Assembly (NCBI GenBank): GCA_977016875.1
Contig: CDRNST010000129.1
Location: 496,001-560,000, forward strand
Source: Pavona decussata
Lineage: Eukaryota
DNA: 64,000 bases
Reading direction: 5' to 3'
The notes beneath the pieces are model-generated. The model saw nothing but the letters and a program-made list of their open reading frames with translations, did no database searches and had not been told where the DNA came from. The translations under genes were made by a program, and so were the position numbers. Below are positions 62,706 through 64,000 of this stretch, in pieces; position 1 is the stretch's first letter; every line of letters starts with the position of its first letter.

Positions 62706-63162
62706 CTGGGGGTACTCCTCGGAATTCTCAGCAGGGATATGCACGTGCCGCCCGTTTCTCCAAATCCTGACCCTATTTTAGACCAAAACATGCCATTTTC
62801 CACACCCGTTTTCAGACCTGGCCTTTAAAATCCGTACCCATTTTCCTGCATGAGACCTTTGTTGTAGCGTAATTAAGTTTCGCATCAGTGCTGAAGTCAA
62901 GACTTGTTAAAATTCACCTGAAAATCCAGCTCGAATGATATATTTTAGATCCTTCTCTTTCTCTACTATTCATTTAGAGTGGAAAAGACAAATACGTTTG
63001 TCACTCACTCTCGTGATTCCCTCGAAAACCATACCCGATTTAAGACCATAATGGTCAAAACCATTTCCATTTTCAGACCAAAACGGCTCAAAAACCATAC
63101 TCTTTGGGCGGCACATACCTATATAGCTTATATAGAGGAGTAACCCCCCCCCCCCTCCCGGG
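62706..63162. mobile_element. MITE upstream of copy 10
   Basis: gggggtactcctcggaattc ... gaggagtaacccccc..cccggg; homologous to 36960 and 56395. Confidence 0.7.
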
Positions 63163-64000
63163 TTGTGACGGGAAAACATGGAAGCCAACGAATAGGGTCA
63201 GTATTACCAAGAGTACAAATGCGGTACAAGTTTTCTCGACACATTAGCATGTATTTTGCCAGAGGCCTTAACAGCCTCATCCAAGGGTAAATAAAGTTTC
63301 ATTCATTTCATTCATTCATTCCACTAATAAAACCAACGATTGAAACATAGAAATACACAAACAAACAACCGAAATAAAGGGGCGAAATCAACGTCTGTAG
63401 TAACCATCAATATCATGAACAACAAAAGATGCACAGTGATTAACGGATTTATAATCATTCAGCTTGTAGGCTAGTACCCAGGCTTCCTAGTTCCTGCTCA
63501 ACTTGTCCAGCGTCACTGAGTCAGGACGGATAGACCATCTATCAGCCCTGTTGAGTAGCAAGGCAACCCGTTCCAAGGCTGTTCCTTAAAACTCACGTTT
63601 TCCATAGCGAAAATTGTTCGCTTTTTAGGAACAGATAATGACTATGGATTAATACTGGCAGATCGCAGCAAATTATTAAAGGCTGTTGTTTGCACATCCC
63701 CCAGTTCAGTGATATTATTCCCCAGTTCTCAAGAGATCCTAGTTTGAAAATTCGCCCCTAGAAGCTCACAGTTTTCGACGGAGACTCGTTATAGGCGCAT
63801 GTTACTGAGAAAAACAAAAGTTATTGTTTGTAACGTAAAGATCAGGGAAAGGGTTAGGAAGGATACATATCTGATGTAGGATTTTGTAACCTGAGATTGC
63901 AGCCGTTCAAAGCATAGTTATGCACCAGTCAATTCCAACAGTGCCCATCCCCCCCCCCCCCTCCCCCCTGTGCCAGAATTAGGATTTTTGGAAAAACAAA

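Overview
Eukaryotic, AT-rich, repeat-dense DNA. The repeat families and protein types point to a stony coral, possibly Porites-like (from recall, not searched). The window is dominated by a head-to-tail, minus-strand array of BTB/POZ-BACK-PHR genes (BTBD1/2/3/6 family, putative Cullin-3 substrate adaptors) with uninterrupted coding sequences. There are 5 intact copies, 1 copy with the PHR domain deleted, 4 disrupted copies and an orphan PHR tail of an 11th copy. The BTB/BACK parts are very similar and mosaic between copies, whereas the PHR loops are hypervariable in sequence and length, which looks like a birth-and-death receptor repertoire. Left of the array is a spliced gene missed by the ORF track (3 phase-compatible exons, signal-like N-terminus plus a MANSC/MANEC-like Cys domain). 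The spacers hold a BEL/Pao and a Gypsy LTR retrotransposon, a solo LTR nested in a LINE, Penelope-like fragments with hammerhead-like motifs, a hAT relic, many MITEs, a ~110-bp satellite and an assembly gap (5768-5900).
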